Source of the DNA: Octopus bimaculoides
Taxonomy: Eukaryota
Assembly: GCF_001194135.2 (NCBI RefSeq)
Contig: NC_068990.1
Span: 24,444,029 to 24,484,813, forward strand
Direction: 5' to 3'
Length of the DNA stretch: 40,785 nt
A program made the position numbers and the translations under genes. The notes beneath the pieces are model-generated. The model saw only the letters and a list, made by a program, of their open reading frames with translations. It did not search any database and was not told the origin of the DNA. Positions 1 through 13,964 of this stretch are shown here, in pieces. The number at the start of each line of letters is the position of its first letter. The stretch's first letter is position 1.

Positions 1-59
<59 letters not shown>

Positions 60-60
60 A
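1..60. repeat. (TA)n/(TG)n microsatellite
   Basis: Directly visible. Confidence 0.95.
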
Positions 61-142
61 TATATTTTACTGACACTAACTCATGGTAATAGATATGAAT
101 TCTGCTAAGTGATAATTTAATACTTCAATTTCTTCGCTGAAG

Positions 143-276
143 ATTCCCAAATGTCGATGAAAATGTTGCGAGGTGAAATGTCTGCTAGAACAACATACCA
201 GAGAACTTCCAAGAGCCATGTATCAATCAAAGAAGCCGACCCTGAAGGACATTTTGTCTCTTTGGAAACAAAAAAG
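143..276 (+). CDS. Internal exon of a cytoplasmic intermediate filament / neurofilament (NF60-like) gene, start of lamin-tail domain
   Basis: Pyrimidine tract + AG at 141-142, GT at 277. Translation (D)SQMSMKMLRGEMSARTTYQRTSKSHVSIKEADPEGHFVSLETKK matches the 'RTTYQRxxKGxVSIxExxPEGxF' start of the lamin-tail domain of protostome IF proteins. Joins the next exon in frame. Confidence 0.9.
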
Positions 277-647
277 GTTATGCAAATTTCAGGTTTTCCT
301 TCATATAAAAAATTTTGTTCATCTCCATAACCGTAACGCACTTCTCTTCGCTTAATGTTTATATGATAATTTTTAACGATTTTTGCTACGTATAAGTATG
401 GTCATATATGTATTTGTATAGGCATATATGTATACGTATAGGCATATACGTATACAAATCTCAAACATAGAAGAATAGCTGTGAAAACAGCCACAAAAAT
501 CCAGTGAAAATACCCTTATAAGACGATAAAAAGTGACTAGCAAGCCACATTATTCCGTCTTAAAACGAAAGTGTTTTTACCTGATCTACGTTGATATTCC
601 CTTAATTTTTAAAAATTAAAAACCCAGATCACTCAACGCTTATACAG

Positions 648-815
648 AGGCGCAGAAGTGGTCGTGTTGTAAGAAGCGCTTCTCAACGTTCAGTTCCACA
701 GCGTGAAACCTCGGGCAAGTGACGTCTACTATGGCTTCGGGCCCATCAAAGCCTTTTGAATAGATCTGATAGACGGAATCTGAAAGACATCTGTCGTATA
801 TATTATATATGTGTG
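648..815 (+). mobile_element. Diverged family-A tRNA-derived SINE (CORE-like) 5' half, intronic
   Basis: Aligns by eye to the cleaner copy at 25968-26157 (aggcgcag...cctcgggcaagtg...gacggaatctgaaaga...gtcg(TA)n). Confidence 0.75.
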
Positions 816-1013
816 CTATATATAATAATATTTTTTTGTTAATGAAATGTACGTAAGATTGCATTTAACTAAGTATTTACTCAAATAATCACATTCTTTG
901 TTATGTGTGCTTATATGTGTGTATAATCCGTCAATGTTTCTTTTCAATCGACCTAATTCAATTGTTGATGGCATTGGTTTAGTTATTTAATTGTCTTCTC
1001 TTTTCTGCCGTAG

Positions 1014-1118
1014 GATGATAACCTTAATGGATGGAAAATTGTAAGAACAGCTGATGGCAACAAAACTTACTCTTTCGTATTACCAAACGTCACATTGAGA
1101 CGTCAAATGGTTCTTAAG
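1014..1118 (+). CDS. IF/neurofilament gene exon (lamin-tail domain)
   Basis: ttttctgccgtag acceptor, gtacgt donor, 105 nt, phase 0/0. DDNLNGWKIVRTADGNKTYSFVLPNVTLRRQMVLK contains the 'L.GWKI.R' lamin-tail motif. Confidence 0.93.
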
Positions 1119-1291
1119 GTACGTTATGAATTTCTGTTTAGCTTAGATCAATAACTAAATGAAGTGATAAATGGTATTGTAGTTCTGTTTTACACAGCCT
1201 ATTGTTTTTCATATTTATTTGATTATAATTCTGTTTATGTTTATTTCATATGTCATTTCTTAATTATTATTTGTAAATGTATTTATACCAG

Positions 1292-1408
1292 ATCTGGTCT
1301 AAAGGCCAACAATCACAAGCTTGTGGAGATGATTTAGTTAACAAAGATTTTGACACATGGGGAACCGGATCGAATGTTGTCACAGTGCTGCAGAACGAAA
1401 AAGGAGAG
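1292..1408 (+). CDS. IF/neurofilament gene exon (lamin-tail domain)
   Basis: cag acceptor, gtttgt donor, 117 nt, phase 0/0. IWSKGQQSQACGDDLVNKDFDTWGTGSNVVTVLQNEKGE contains the 'IWS...WGTG...T.L.N..GE' lamin-tail motif. Confidence 0.93.
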
Positions 1409-1481
1409 GTTTGTAGCCATTCTTACATATGATATACATTTTGAAAACGATTGTTTATATATCAGTATATAAGGAAACTAT

Positions 1482-1730
1482 GAGGGCGCACGGTCTAGAG
1501 GTAAGGTTGTTGCGTTCACGATCGTGAGATTGTGGTTTCGATTTTTGAACCGGTTGGTACATTGTGTACTTGATCAAAACACTTCATTTCACGTTCTTCT
1601 GCTCTCATTTCGACAGCTCATGTGTGGTACACCATGCTCTTGTTCAGGTAATGTCGAATTGACGAAGAGACTGAGGTAATGTGCAGTACAGACATTAGAC
1701 CATTATAAACAAATCATATGTGAAAGTTGT
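1482..1730 (+). mobile_element. Diverged family-E tRNA-derived SINE, intronic
   Basis: Decayed A-box and B-box (ggtttcgattt) head plus a 'ttgatcaaaacacttcatttcacgtt' core, homologous to the head of the copy at 33125-33409. Confidence 0.6.
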
Positions 1731-2487
1731 TCAACAAGAATTTGTAGAAATGTCTTTCTCGGACTCCAGATACTATCATACCATAGAATGAAACTATTTG
1801 CTGTAATGTTCGACTTTGTTTATTGTTTCCACTGATTTCACACTCTTTATTGCATACGAACTACAAACTGAAGGTTGTCAAAAACAGTAAATCGAGTGTA
1901 ATATTTCCCGAATACTACGTAGAATTGTTCTCAATAAAGTCTGGATATAATATGTCTGCTTTGACACATTACACCTGTGAAGATTTTTTGAATGGTTTTC
2001 TTAATTAGGGAATATTTGCTTTGTAGCAAACAATAGAGGAACACCTAAATGAGAATGCTATCAATAGGTAATCGATAAAAGATATAACGCAAACTTAGTG
2101 CAGATTTAATATTATAGAAAGGAACACTATGTGCTTTCTATCATTTTGGTATTAATTTACATTCAACTGTTATACAGAACAAAGTAAATATCTCTTCGGG
2201 GACTTTTTATGGAGGAAATAAGTAATCGGTGAGTTGAATTTGCGAATTTATTTATAATTGAAGCTATATCTATTTTCTTACAATGAGTCTGTATTGGTTC
2301 TTCTGAAAACTAAAAATAGTATTATAGTCCCTGTACAGAAAGGGATACGCTCTCAGTAATCAATTCATCGACGTTTGCCTGGATATTATTCATTTCATGT
2401 ATGCCACTAGTATTTTTGCATACTGTTCAAATTTTCATGTTAGAAGAAATGTATATATAAAATATATTCACAGAGAGAGAGAGAGAG

Positions 2488-2527
<40 letters not shown>

Positions 2528-2616
2528 GAAGCAAATGTAGTTCCCTTTATAGGTTTGTGCAAAAACTTATACGTGTGTGTTTGCATTCAATTCGTAATGT
2601 TTTACTTTACTTTTAG

Positions 2617-2655
2617 GAGCAAGCTACCTATACCCAGAGAACACAATACAATTAG
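2617..2655 (+). CDS. Terminal coding exon of the IF/neurofilament gene
   Basis: ttttactttacttttag acceptor, then EQATYTQRTQYN-TAG, completing the 'GEE.A.Y.Q' end of the lamin-tail domain. No CaaX box, so cytoplasmic IF rather than nuclear lamin. Confidence 0.85.
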   Translation, partial: EQATYTQRTQYN

Positions 2656-3380
2656 ATTGCCAGGATGAAGCGCTGAACCAAGTTACAAGATACAACATTC
2701 CAACTGGTGTTGTTTTGTTTATATATCTAAAGAAAATTATTGAATCCCGCCATTCTTTCATCATCCTCATAAAGAATTTGAAGTAAAAATTATAATTATG
2801 GAAAAAAATCACTAGATTTTCAAATAACAAATAGTTTCTTTTCTATATTAGCCGACTTAGGCATATTGCTAAAGCTTATTCATGGACGATTAACTTTATA
2901 TTTCAAGACATGTTAAACTTTTCAATGGCCGATTAATGTTAAACTGAAGAAATTGAATCTAAATATATACCACTATTTACCAATGGTTATACTGTTAATG
3001 AGCAAGCAATATTTCAGGATACGAGATTAATTCTAAAAGAAACATTCATAAATTAGTAAATTTTTCGGTAGTATATTTTAAATTTAGCATCGAAAACTGC
3101 TCTTTTGAAGCTCCAGCTTCGAAATTATGCGACGTTATTGATTATCAATACATTCCGATACTTTTATTAGCGCATACAACGATATAGACTATTGCTATAC
3201 ATCACGCCTTCGTTAAGAATAAAAGGAATAAATTAATAAATTTCATAAATGCAACTGCCTCTTCTCCTTCTTCTGATTATTTCATTGTTTAAACTAATTA
3301 CATTACTAACAAAAAGACCTTTGTCTGATTTAAATTAAATACAGAAATAATAAATACATTAATCTAACAAATATTTAGCT

Positions 3381-3384
<4 letters not shown>

Positions 3385-3446
<62 letters not shown>
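3385..3446. repeat. (TA)n-(TG)n compound microsatellite
   Basis: Directly visible. Confidence 0.95.
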
Positions 3447-3450
<4 letters not shown>

Positions 3451-6418
3451 ATATGCTAACCACTTTTTATAAAATCACAGCTAAACAACTGAGCTATAAT
3501 TTGCGTTGTCTCATTTAATAAACTGAAGTCATAAGGCGATTATAAAAAATAATAGTGATAAAACTATTTTAATCCAATGTTAACTTAAATATTTTTTAAT
3601 TTCACCATATTTCTATAAAATTCGCTATATAATATTTGACGTAAATTGTGACAGTTTTGCTTGTTTATAAGGAACTAATATGTCTATACTTACGAAGTTT
3701 AAGCTAAAGCATGGCCGCAGTTTAAGATCAACTGTTCACCTATGCTTATATTCAACTGTAAATCACAATCAAAGCTAATATTTAGATTAGTACCAAGCTA
3801 TATTAATATTTTTTTTTGCAATATTCTAAACGCTTCTAACAATTAGATATATTTTTATCTACGAACTGCAATTGTTTCCTAAAGTCTTTTTTAAAGTTAT
3901 TTTTATCGTAAATGAAGCCAAATGATGTTATTTCCATAGGCTGTGTGCTTATAAATTCCTTGAGTTAAAGATCTCTTGTCAAAATAAATTCCATATAAAC
4001 ATGTATATGGAGGGTACCAGATGAATGAACAATTCATAATGCGAGTTGTAATTTTTTCAAATAAAATTTGCAGTAATGTTTAATACATTGTGTGGTATCT
4101 TCAAACAGGAATTCAGCTTTAAAGAAAATTGGATCATTCTTACAGTAATTTCAATTTGATATTATTTAAGATAGCAAATGTACAAGATATTTGCGTTTGC
4201 TCGGCGGATAATGTCTCAACTTACATAAGTATATTCTTTTTCAAAAAGAGAAATATTACTTGACTATACGAAATATAATTCAGATATATCCAGTGAAATT
4301 GTAAAATATCTCAAATCCAGCAGCACTGCTTGTCGGTGTGCGTTGTTGATGCAAGAAGTCTTTCAGGAAATCTTTGTAAAAATCGTTAATGACTTTAGAT
4401 GTCTATCACTTAAAGTTGTTTTTCAACGCAAACCATAAGGTGTTGCGTTTTACTTACAATGAATAGGACATATTTCTATATAAAATGGATGTTAATGACC
4501 ATAAACATATTTTCGTATAACATTTTTCTCTATATTCGCTACGGACCGAAAGAGGTTTAGCCTTCTTTACAATGACACAGTAAAATACATTTCGCGTTAT
4601 ATCGCAAATTATATTTAGCTTAGTACTGTATGAAAGCTCATGTTAGGCTTATGGTAATACAACTCTTTCAATGTATTTGTCCGATCCAATGTGGAAAGGG
4701 TGATCAAATGTTGTTAGAGACATATTATGAATATATAAATAATATACGGATATCTTAGTTTTATATATTTCCCCAAGTATAGTAGATTACTATGAACCAT
4801 TTTTACTGTAATTTAAACCATAGTAATAAAAATATTTCAAAATTTTTAATAAAAAAAAACATAACTTTTTGTAGAATAAAAAAAAAAATTGTACCGATCT
4901 TTTGTTCAGCTTAATTATTTTGTTTACAAATTTAAAAGTTTCAGTTTCAAAACATGAAAAGAAGAAACGTAATTGGCAGGCAGACTTTAAACATAATAGT
5001 ACAAGTAGTTGCTAATTATTTCCTGTTAGTAAATGGCGTGATTTTTACAACCTTATTCATTATTCAATCAGAGATTGACACTAAACTCTCCACATCAGAT
5101 TTATATTTTGCCCTCAATAAACAAAGTTTTTTTTCTGTTTTCTGCCCAAATATAGCTTAAACATAAAACTATTCTTCATCAAACAGTAAGTCTATATAGA
5201 TGAAAAAAGCAACAACCTAAGCTCATTCATATAGAACAAACAGTTTGCAATTATAAGTTTAACATTTTCCGATGCCGTTGTATTTTCCTTTTCTTGGTTA
5301 TATCCCATATTTGAAGAAAAGAAAATGAGCTAATGGATTATATTTATAGGATTTCCAGTATAAGTATAATGCGTTCAATAATAATATTAATGATTTGAAC
5401 AATAATAATAATAATAATAACAATAAGAATAATAATAGTTATTTTTTATAAATGCTTTTTGATGCATAATAATTGAGGATGAATTCATAAAATGTTTATA
5501 AGAAATGTATTTTATTTAAAAGAAAACATGAACAGCAATAATAAGTTAATTCTTAAATCTGCTATGAGTTAAATGTAAACAAATTATTATCTTCAGAAAA
5601 CGTTTTCAATTAAGGTTTAGATATGAGAAATCCATATCCTGAATATTTCAAATATATGTTCATGAAAGATGTAGACATATATCACATTACAAATAAACAA
5701 ATAGGGTTTTTCATTGAGTCTTTTTTTTTATTATTAAAGGCCATATATACAAGCGTAAAGGCCTGACATCAATATTTTCACTGTATTGCCTTTGTTGGTT
5801 ATGACGAAGATTATTCATACTGTGATAAATTAACCAACGAACCCCTATTTTTTTCTTACTTTCAATGACTGAACTACAAACTTTAAAACTCAGCCATCAA
5901 ACCCGTCCTTACTGAATCCAAGTCCAATTGTTAGATCATTCCAAAGGGGAGAATAAAAAATATAATGTAAATTAAATTTCAAACCCTATCAGAGAATTAT
6001 TCGGTTTGAGATGAATTGAAACTATGTTGTAGTTATTTTCTAAATGACATTTATCAGATATTTTGACCCTGCTTTACAACATCGAAAGTCTTAACCCTGT
6101 GATAATCATATAAGAGGAAACTCTTTATAAGTTAATTGCCTTTCGAGAAATCTTGATAAAAACCATTCTATTCTGGAATTCTTCAACCGAATTCTTCAGC
6201 CGTCTGATATTGAGTGATATATTATATTTTATATCACTACATCTAGGATTCGTCCATTTTGTGGCAATCCTGAACAGTTATAGCATAACATTTACTTCTT
6301 GAAAATACTGCATAAGTATCTCTGTTATTAGTGTTCCTAACAACTAAGGAATACTACCTTAGCTTTTTAAGTTGCCATTAAGACAAAAGTACTAGATTAC
6401 TTTCTTTCTATTATCATT

Positions 6419-6435
6419 TGTTATTGTTATTATTG

Positions 6436-6493
<58 letters not shown>
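6419..6493. repeat. (TTA/TTG)n microsatellite
   Basis: Directly visible; source of the poly-Leu ORF 6418-6609. Confidence 0.95.
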
Positions 6494-6494
<1 letters not shown>

Positions 6495-7521
6495 TGCTCA
6501 AAAAATAAAAAAATATATATATAAATGGTCGGTTTTCGTTGTTACAAAAATATTCTACAATACCCATGCTTCTTTTTCATTCCTAAATCATGGCTTCAAA
6601 GCCTTGTAGCATTTAAACAAATATAGACATATAAGATGTCTGCAGAAATGTTTTCTGGGTTATTTTTTCCATAGAAATTCTGCTGTTGACCAAAGGCCGA
6701 TATTCATAGAAATATAATCTTTAGTCATAGTTTATTATCTTTTTAATCTGCGTGCCAAACAACTTATAAAAAAACAAACTTGCACTCCGCTAGAGTACTT
6801 ATTCTCTCTCTCTCTCAAACACACATACACGCACAAACACGCACACATACACACTCACACACACACACTGATATATACATACACTTTCTCATGTCCTTGT
6901 TGGTGTATATGTATGTATTTTAAATTGCTACAACCTAGAGCTATTACAAAAATTAAATTAAAATATCTTAAAGTACTGGGATTGATGTAAGTTACACTAG
7001 CAAATGATTGCTCATTTCTAGCATTTAGATATTCACTAAGTACAATATATCCATGAACACACTACCAAGATGCACACACAGACAAATATATACATATATA
7101 TTGACATCTCACACAAACCGCACACACACATATATGAGTATTAGTAATTTTCATTGGATATGTACATATGTACATTCTTAAACAGAATATATGAATCTTC
7201 TAAGGTCTGATGCAAAATCTACGTTGAATATTCAAATTGGAATCCACGGTGGATAAGGACTGTTTGTGTCCAGAAGGATCAAATATATTTTGTTCGAAGT
7301 ATGGCATTCGAAGACGTAAACTATGTCCTTTTATGTTTGATTGAATTGTACCGTACGTCAGTATATTTCAGTCACTTTGAACAAAAATACATGAAAATCG
7401 AAACTAAATTTGAATGATATATACTAGTTTACTGCATATTTCATTCAAATGAAGTTATCCCGTTTGTAATATCTGTAAGTTACTATAGTGAAATAGTACC
7501 TTTTTGACTTAAGATAACAGC

Positions 7522-7553
<32 letters not shown>

Positions 7554-8449
7554 CACGTCAATCACGCTGATTCTTAAGGTAATATTAAACATACTATTAT
7601 GGCGCTTTATAACTACTAAAATCGCCATCGACATTTTCTAGAAGAATATAATACAAGAGACATGTGCATAACCTACTGGGTTACAACATTCTTAATTATC
7701 CGTCCGTGTATTTGCATAAAATGCATACAGTCCAGTAATTATGATGGAAAGAGGCGATGATTATAATATAATAGGAAACGAAAGTTCCTATAATAACCAA
7801 GATAGAATTGACAAACAGACCCTTAAGAGATAGAAATAAAACTACCATGTCTCCACTATAATATACTCAGCCATCGGGAATCACGAGTTGAACTTCTTTC
7901 AGTTAATTTTATGACAATTAAAGGTAAATTAGAATTCCAATAAGCTAAACTCTAATTAACTCTCGTTATCTGGCGACATGGTGTCTCTTTCTAACTTTAC
8001 ATGAGTCATTATCGAAGCTGTTGCGTTGCACTTTAAAAATTGCATTTAATGATAAGATTTAGTTTGCAGCCAACCTGTTCCTGGACTCATTTCGCGCTTG
8101 TCTTCTTTCTTCTTCTCTTTCACGATTACGTTGATGAAGGAGGAAGGAATGAAGTTCTGCATAGCCATTTACCTTCGCCAACTTAATCATAAAGCATACA
8201 CCACTGTCGAGCAAAACAAATTAAAGTAATTTCATGTGAAACGACATTGCATTACTGCTCTTAGCAATATATTTCTCTAGACACGCATATATAGATACAC
8301 AGCTACATATATATATATGTAAGCTTCATACTGCTTGCTACCATCGCTTTCTCAACCAACTATCTACCTATATATAGGCATACTTAGAAAAGTATCGGAA
8401 TTACAATACATTATGGGTGGGTAAACGGATGTAANNNNNNNNNNATATA

Positions 8450-8480
<31 letters not shown>

Positions 8481-8644
8481 GTAAGCTTCATACTGCTTGC
8501 TACCATCGCTTTCTCAACCAACTATCTACCTATATATAGGCATACTTAGAAAAGTATCGGAATTACAATACATTATGGGTGGGTAAACGGATGTAACAGT
8601 TTTGTAGCAGCAAATAATGCTGTTTCAGACTTTTAAAATTCGCG

Positions 8645-8679
<35 letters not shown>

Positions 8680-8783
8680 AGTCGAATATTATGAAATTAT
8701 ACACCATGCATACGCACATACACCCCCACACACACACATATATATATATATACATCCATACATAGGACAAGTATTCCTTATTA

Positions 8784-8838
<55 letters not shown>

Positions 8839-11290
8839 AGTTATTATGGCCCTCATTATTGTTAACTCTAAGGACTTTTAACCATTGTGCCTACACCTTG
8901 CGACACTGCAACAGCGAAAAAATGAAAATTAATATAAATATTTAATTTCAGCTTAGCTTTTAAAATAATTTATAAATAAAACAACTGTTATATAATATTA
9001 GACCAACCCAGTATAAGATATTTCACCAATTAGGAAACTCTCGAAAACATGAAATTTATTATTAGTTAAAATTATCGGTTAAAATCAATATTTTATACAA
9101 GACTGAAACAAGGCGTTTGACGGTTGTTATATATTCTCAAACGCTGCGAATGTATTTCCATTATAAGTAAAACAATGTGTTGATTTTGTTAAAATTATGT
9201 TAGTTTTATATTTTGAAACAAATTTATATTCTTTCTTTCTGATTTTTCTCTTTTTAAATCGGGATCATACAGATTTTCTTTGATTACACATGGTACAATA
9301 AGTGCAATGTTTTAAAGAGGAGTTGCTTTTTTTTTTTTTCTATTGGTAGAATATTTTGGTAATTCCATTTTCTTAATTTGTTTCGCAAATTCTATTTTAC
9401 TTTATGAGTTTTTTCTTTCTCTTCCTTCTCACAATTTTGTAATTAACAATTTCGATTACTTAATCTGTGATGCTTGAGATTATAACTCAAAGATCATTGC
9501 TTCAAGTAATTGATAAACCCAACAAAAAACAACATTTTTTTGAATTTCATTGCGATAAAGAGGATTATTAAAATATGATAAAAACTTTACGACTGAGTTG
9601 TGTTATTTTTAAAATGCGTTGTTTTTTAATGTTGTTTGATGAGTTTTCTCTATTATCTCACGTGATATTGATTTGATGTAACAAAAAAATTTTTCATTCG
9701 CCCTAAGAAACTACAGTTTTATGTGTTTCATCAAGGAAAAATGATATACTACCCTATTATAGGAGATTGTTTAAGAGAATGTTGTTGATGAATTTACATT
9801 TCTCATATTTCTTACATGTCATTTTGTTCAAGTGCGACTAATTTTTGTACGCAAGATTTCTTGCACTTTTCTCTACAAATTTCTCTAAAAGTTAAGATAA
9901 TTAAGTTTTAATTAAAGAAATGAAATAAGAAAAATAAAGATCACTACAATAATGATGTTTCAATGTATGCATTGAAATAAGGGTTGAATCTTATATATAC
10001 ATATATATATGAGAGGACAAAGGAATATTAGAGGTCCCGATGTAGATATAAGGTTTTACTCAGGCACTCAACTATGAATCCACTTATAGCAGAAACAGCT
10101 GTTTGACAATGAATTATATATATATATATAAACGATTCAAAAATGCACAGGAGGACGTCAAAGGAATTAACGGAACACGCAAGACATGGACATGCTCTTT
10201 CCTTGTAAGTTATAGCCCAAAAATCATAGTAATTTCGCGCCTTGAACGAGAATATTGTTCTCTTTGGTGGTGTCAGCAGCAAAAGGCTGTTGCGGATAAT
10301 GAGCGAAAGTAAAGGACGGTGGAGGAAAGAAATACTACACGGGTAGTTGTTACGAATATAAATATATATACAGAATAAAGGCCGTTAAGCTCTAAAACAG
10401 GATTAGGACAAGATATGTGTAAAAGTAACACAATGGAAACTAGTGTCCAATAGGACCAGAAAAAGAAAGTGCTGAGATGAAAAGATCAACTGAAGAATAG
10501 AACGAAAGGTGGAAAAACGAATCCTGAGTTGAAGAAAAGGCGAAAGCTGAAACCCGACTGAATCCTCGGTCAAACGGAAAAATGCCAAAACCAAAAATTT
10601 CTTAAGAGACACACGCCATAGAATAATTAGTACATCGTCAGATTAGATTCAGATACGATACTTTATAATCTTAAAAACGATTCTGGTTCAGATATTTTGA
10701 GGAATAAACGAATCTTAATACTACACAATACTATGTAACTGTGAGTATCCAATGATAAATCAATTATAGGTTTAAAAATCTGACTGAAGTCGTGTGTGAT
10801 ATAAAATATAGGTATCTAACAAAAAAAGGTAATATCATCTTATTCATATTATGGAAATTCTGTTATGCATGACATCATTGCAAAATGTAAAGAGATTTAC
10901 TGATTTACTGCTGGTGATAATCTGTTTCAATGATAACAATTCATGCACTTACAAATATTAATAAAATATATAATAATCTTAAGTTGATTCTCAATACAAG
11001 ATGGTGACTGATATTAAACATAAATATGAATATTATGAACATGAGTGGAATTTGGTTGACGGAATGTTTGTATAAATATATATAACTATCAGTGTGCTAG
11101 CATACACGACACAAGTGAGTTGTCAACGAAACACCGAGGCGGTCTGCAGCCGCATTATTGAAACAACGTTCGCGCACACACAGACACATACACACAAGTA
11201 TAACCAAATGCACACAAGTATAACGGCACACACCCACACATACACACCAAAAGCATTTCTCCGTTTTTATGTTACATACATATGCAGCTC

Positions 11291-11402
11291 TACAGTTCTA
11301 TATTTAAGAGATGAAGAATTATGTACATTATTTACATTATTTACATTTGACAGATATTTGTCCTCATCTTGTTTGTTTTTAACACAACGTTTCGGCTGAT
11401 AT
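11291..11402 (-). mobile_element. 5'-truncated copy of the hammerhead-bearing short element (tail plus 3' half of ribozyme)
   Basis: Reverse complement closely matches 20634-20733. On the minus strand it reads ATATCAGCC-GAAAC-GTT-GTGTT and then the tail. Confidence 0.85.
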
Positions 11403-11837
11403 GCCGTCGTTCTTGTTAAATCAGATAACCCTAGTCGAATTGATTTATGACCGAAGGCGTTCAAGCCATGACTCCCTGGTCTTTTAATGGTACATAGGTT
11501 ATATTTTCTTATGCGTTCTTCCTTCCATTTTTTCCAAAAGCGTATGATTCGATGTGAGTGCCGACGTAGAGAATCACTTGGTTTGTTGACACAGAAAACA
11601 GGAAACATATGAAAGAAGAAAAGACATCTGCATTGGAAGATTAAACAGATAATAGAAGTGAGAAGATTNNNNNNNNNNNNNNNNNNNNNNNNNNNNNNNN
11701 NNNNNNNNNNNNNNNNNNNNNNNNNNNNNNNNNNNNNNNNNNNNNNNNNNNNNNNNNNNNNNNNNNNNNNNNNNNNNNNNNNNNNNNNNNNNNNNNNNNN
11801 NNNNNNNNNNNNNNNNNNNNNNNNNNNNNNNNNNNNN

Positions 11838-11902
<65 letters not shown>

Positions 11903-12010
11903 GTGTAACATGGCTTCAGAGAATCATGACTATCACAAGAAACTCTTCGAACGGACTTATTCGAGTGATAAAAATATTCTGTGAGTAGTACATAGAAGTA
12001 TCAAGTCAAT

Positions 12011-12225
12011 GAGAAGTGAAAGTAGATTTATTTAACCACGTGTCTTCCATAGAGTTACAGTTGTTTCACAAGCTCCTTCATGTAGCATTAATTTCAATAT
12101 ACAACAAATTCCACATTCAGGCTTGCATTAATATGGCTGCTCAGCTTTATACGATACAACCGTATAATCACAAATTAATGCAAATAAAGAACTACCTCAT
12201 CAGAATACGTGAACATCGTGATTGT
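12011..12225 (+). repeat. Left arm of a ~210-bp diverged inverted repeat pair
   Basis: Homologous to the reverse complement of 13965-14175 (e.g. gatttatttaaccacgtg / gatttatttagccacgtg; cttcatgtagcattaatttca / cttcatgtagtattaatttca). Confidence 0.85.
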
Positions 12226-12256
12226 ATCGACAGTTAAACTTTGAATATACGCACAA

Positions 12257-12474
12257 AAGGTAGTGTGATGGCAGAATCGCTAGAACACTGGGCAAAATAC
12301 TTAGCGGCATTTCGTTCATCGTTACGATCGGAGTTCGAAATCCGTTGAGGTTGATTTTTGCCTTTCGTCATTTTGGCGGGGTGATAAAATAAGTACCAGT
12401 TGAGTACTGAGATCGATGTGATCGACTTAATCCTTCCCTCAAAATCGTTGGCCTTGTGGCAAAATTTGGAACTA
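12257..12474 (+). mobile_element. Diverged family-B tRNA-derived SINE
   Basis: ggcagaatcg...gagttcgaaatcc...ttgcctttc...gataaaataagtaccagttgag...gatcgatgtgatcgac, as in 39241-39471. Confidence 0.8.
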
Positions 12475-13143
12475 ATACGTGCAAAGTATGGAAGGCCGAA
12501 ACTGCATAAAATTTATATTCATTTGGTCGGTAAAAATAAATATCACCGTAAATATATATACTATGGCTCTATTATTCTAGAAAAAAATTTCTTCACATTT
12601 AAACACCCTCATGTCGATTAAGATAAAGTGCTAAATAGAAATTAAAGGATTCACCATCGTCAATTGAAGTCAAATAACAAGGAACTATAAGAGAAAAAGA
12701 AAATTAAAATAACAAATGAAGTAGAAATAAAATAATATAAAAATATCTGCAAAATAACATCAAAATATATTTTTAGCAAAGTAATTACACAGGAGGGGAG
12801 ATGGAGGATTAAATGGCTGATAATTTAAAGTTTCTATAGAATTCATGGATGACTGCATCCACGCAGGGAGGTCAACTGAATGCCAAGAAATTGTTCTACA
12901 GTAATAAACTTCAATAGAATGTCAACTAAGGTCGCAAAACGTCCACAGAAGGAATTTGAACTTTCAAGAATCTCACATTCACAGCAACCACACCTCAATA
13001 CGCTTTTCATACAGGGTATTCTTCTAGATTACATCATGTACGTACACACCACATGGGAAAAAACATATACATACGCATATATACAAACAAATAAATACAC
13101 ACACACACATATACTCACACACAAGCACGTGCATATATATCCA

Positions 13144-13525
13144 TTTATTCTTTCACTTGTTTCAGTCATTTGACTGTGGCCATGCTGGAGCAGCACCGTC
13201 AGTCGAGCAAATCGCGCTCAGGACTTATATTTTGTAAGCTTAGTAATTATTCTATTAGTCTTTTTTCCCGAACTGCTAAGTTACGGGGCCGTAAACACAC
13301 CAACATCAGTATTCAAGCGATGTTGGCGGACAAACACAGACACACAAACACACACACACATATGTATATATACATACATATATATATATATATACGACGG
13401 GTTTCTTTCAATTTCCGTCTACCAAATTTACTCACAAGGTTTTGATCGGCCCGAGGCAACAGTAGAAGGCACTTGCCCATATGTTTAGTAAACAAGCTAC
13501 TTACGACACAGTCACTCCTGCGCCT
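13144..13525 (-). mobile_element. Family-A/D SINE with internal (TA)/(CA) microsatellite
   Basis: tRNA head (partly deleted), CORE-like segment, internal microsatellite, 3' half ending ...gactgaaacaagtgaaaga. Confidence 0.88.
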
Positions 13526-13660
13526 ATGCACAAATTACATATAAAATATGTACAGATTTTAAACATAAATACTAAGATATAATCACATATTCATACATAT
13601 ATTTACATACAGAGTTGCACATATGTGTGTGTGAGAGTGTGTGTGTATATATGTATTATT

Positions 13661-13722
13661 TTATTATTTTACTTATTTCAGTGATTTGACTGCAGTCATG
13701 CTGGAGCATCACCTTGAAGGCT

Positions 13723-13754
<32 letters not shown>

Positions 13755-13909
13755 TGTATGTATGTATGTATGTATGACTGTCTTCTTTCAGTTTCAGGCT
13801 ATCAAATGCACTCACAAGTATTTAGTCTGCCCGAGGCGAGAGTAGAAGACACCTGCCCGAGATGCAACGCAGTGGGACTGAATGCGAAACTGTGTGGTTG
13901 GGAAGCAAG
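13661..13909 (-). mobile_element. Family-A/D SINE, internally deleted, with (TACA)n tract
   Basis: Same head/core and terminal ctccagcatgactgcagtca segment as the other copies. Confidence 0.8.
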
Positions 13910-13964
13910 ATGGATAAATATTGAAGTCTGTGAGTATATTTAGAGTTGAGCTGTTGATGTAGCA

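Noticed and set aside
117-355. ORFs 117-341 (-) and 173-355 (+) from the track
   Set aside because: They are alternative frames over the true IF exon (143-276), which is in a different frame.
8319-8596. Identical 116-bp direct repeat (8319-8434 and 8481-8596)
   Set aside because: 100% identical and separated by a 10-N placeholder gap plus (TA)n; this is the signature of overlapping contig ends, an assembly artefact.
10047-10210. TATA-like site, ATG (MHRRTSKELTEHARHGHALS) and GTAAGT donor as a first exon
   Set aside because: No downstream in-frame exon or homology could be identified; compatible with chance.
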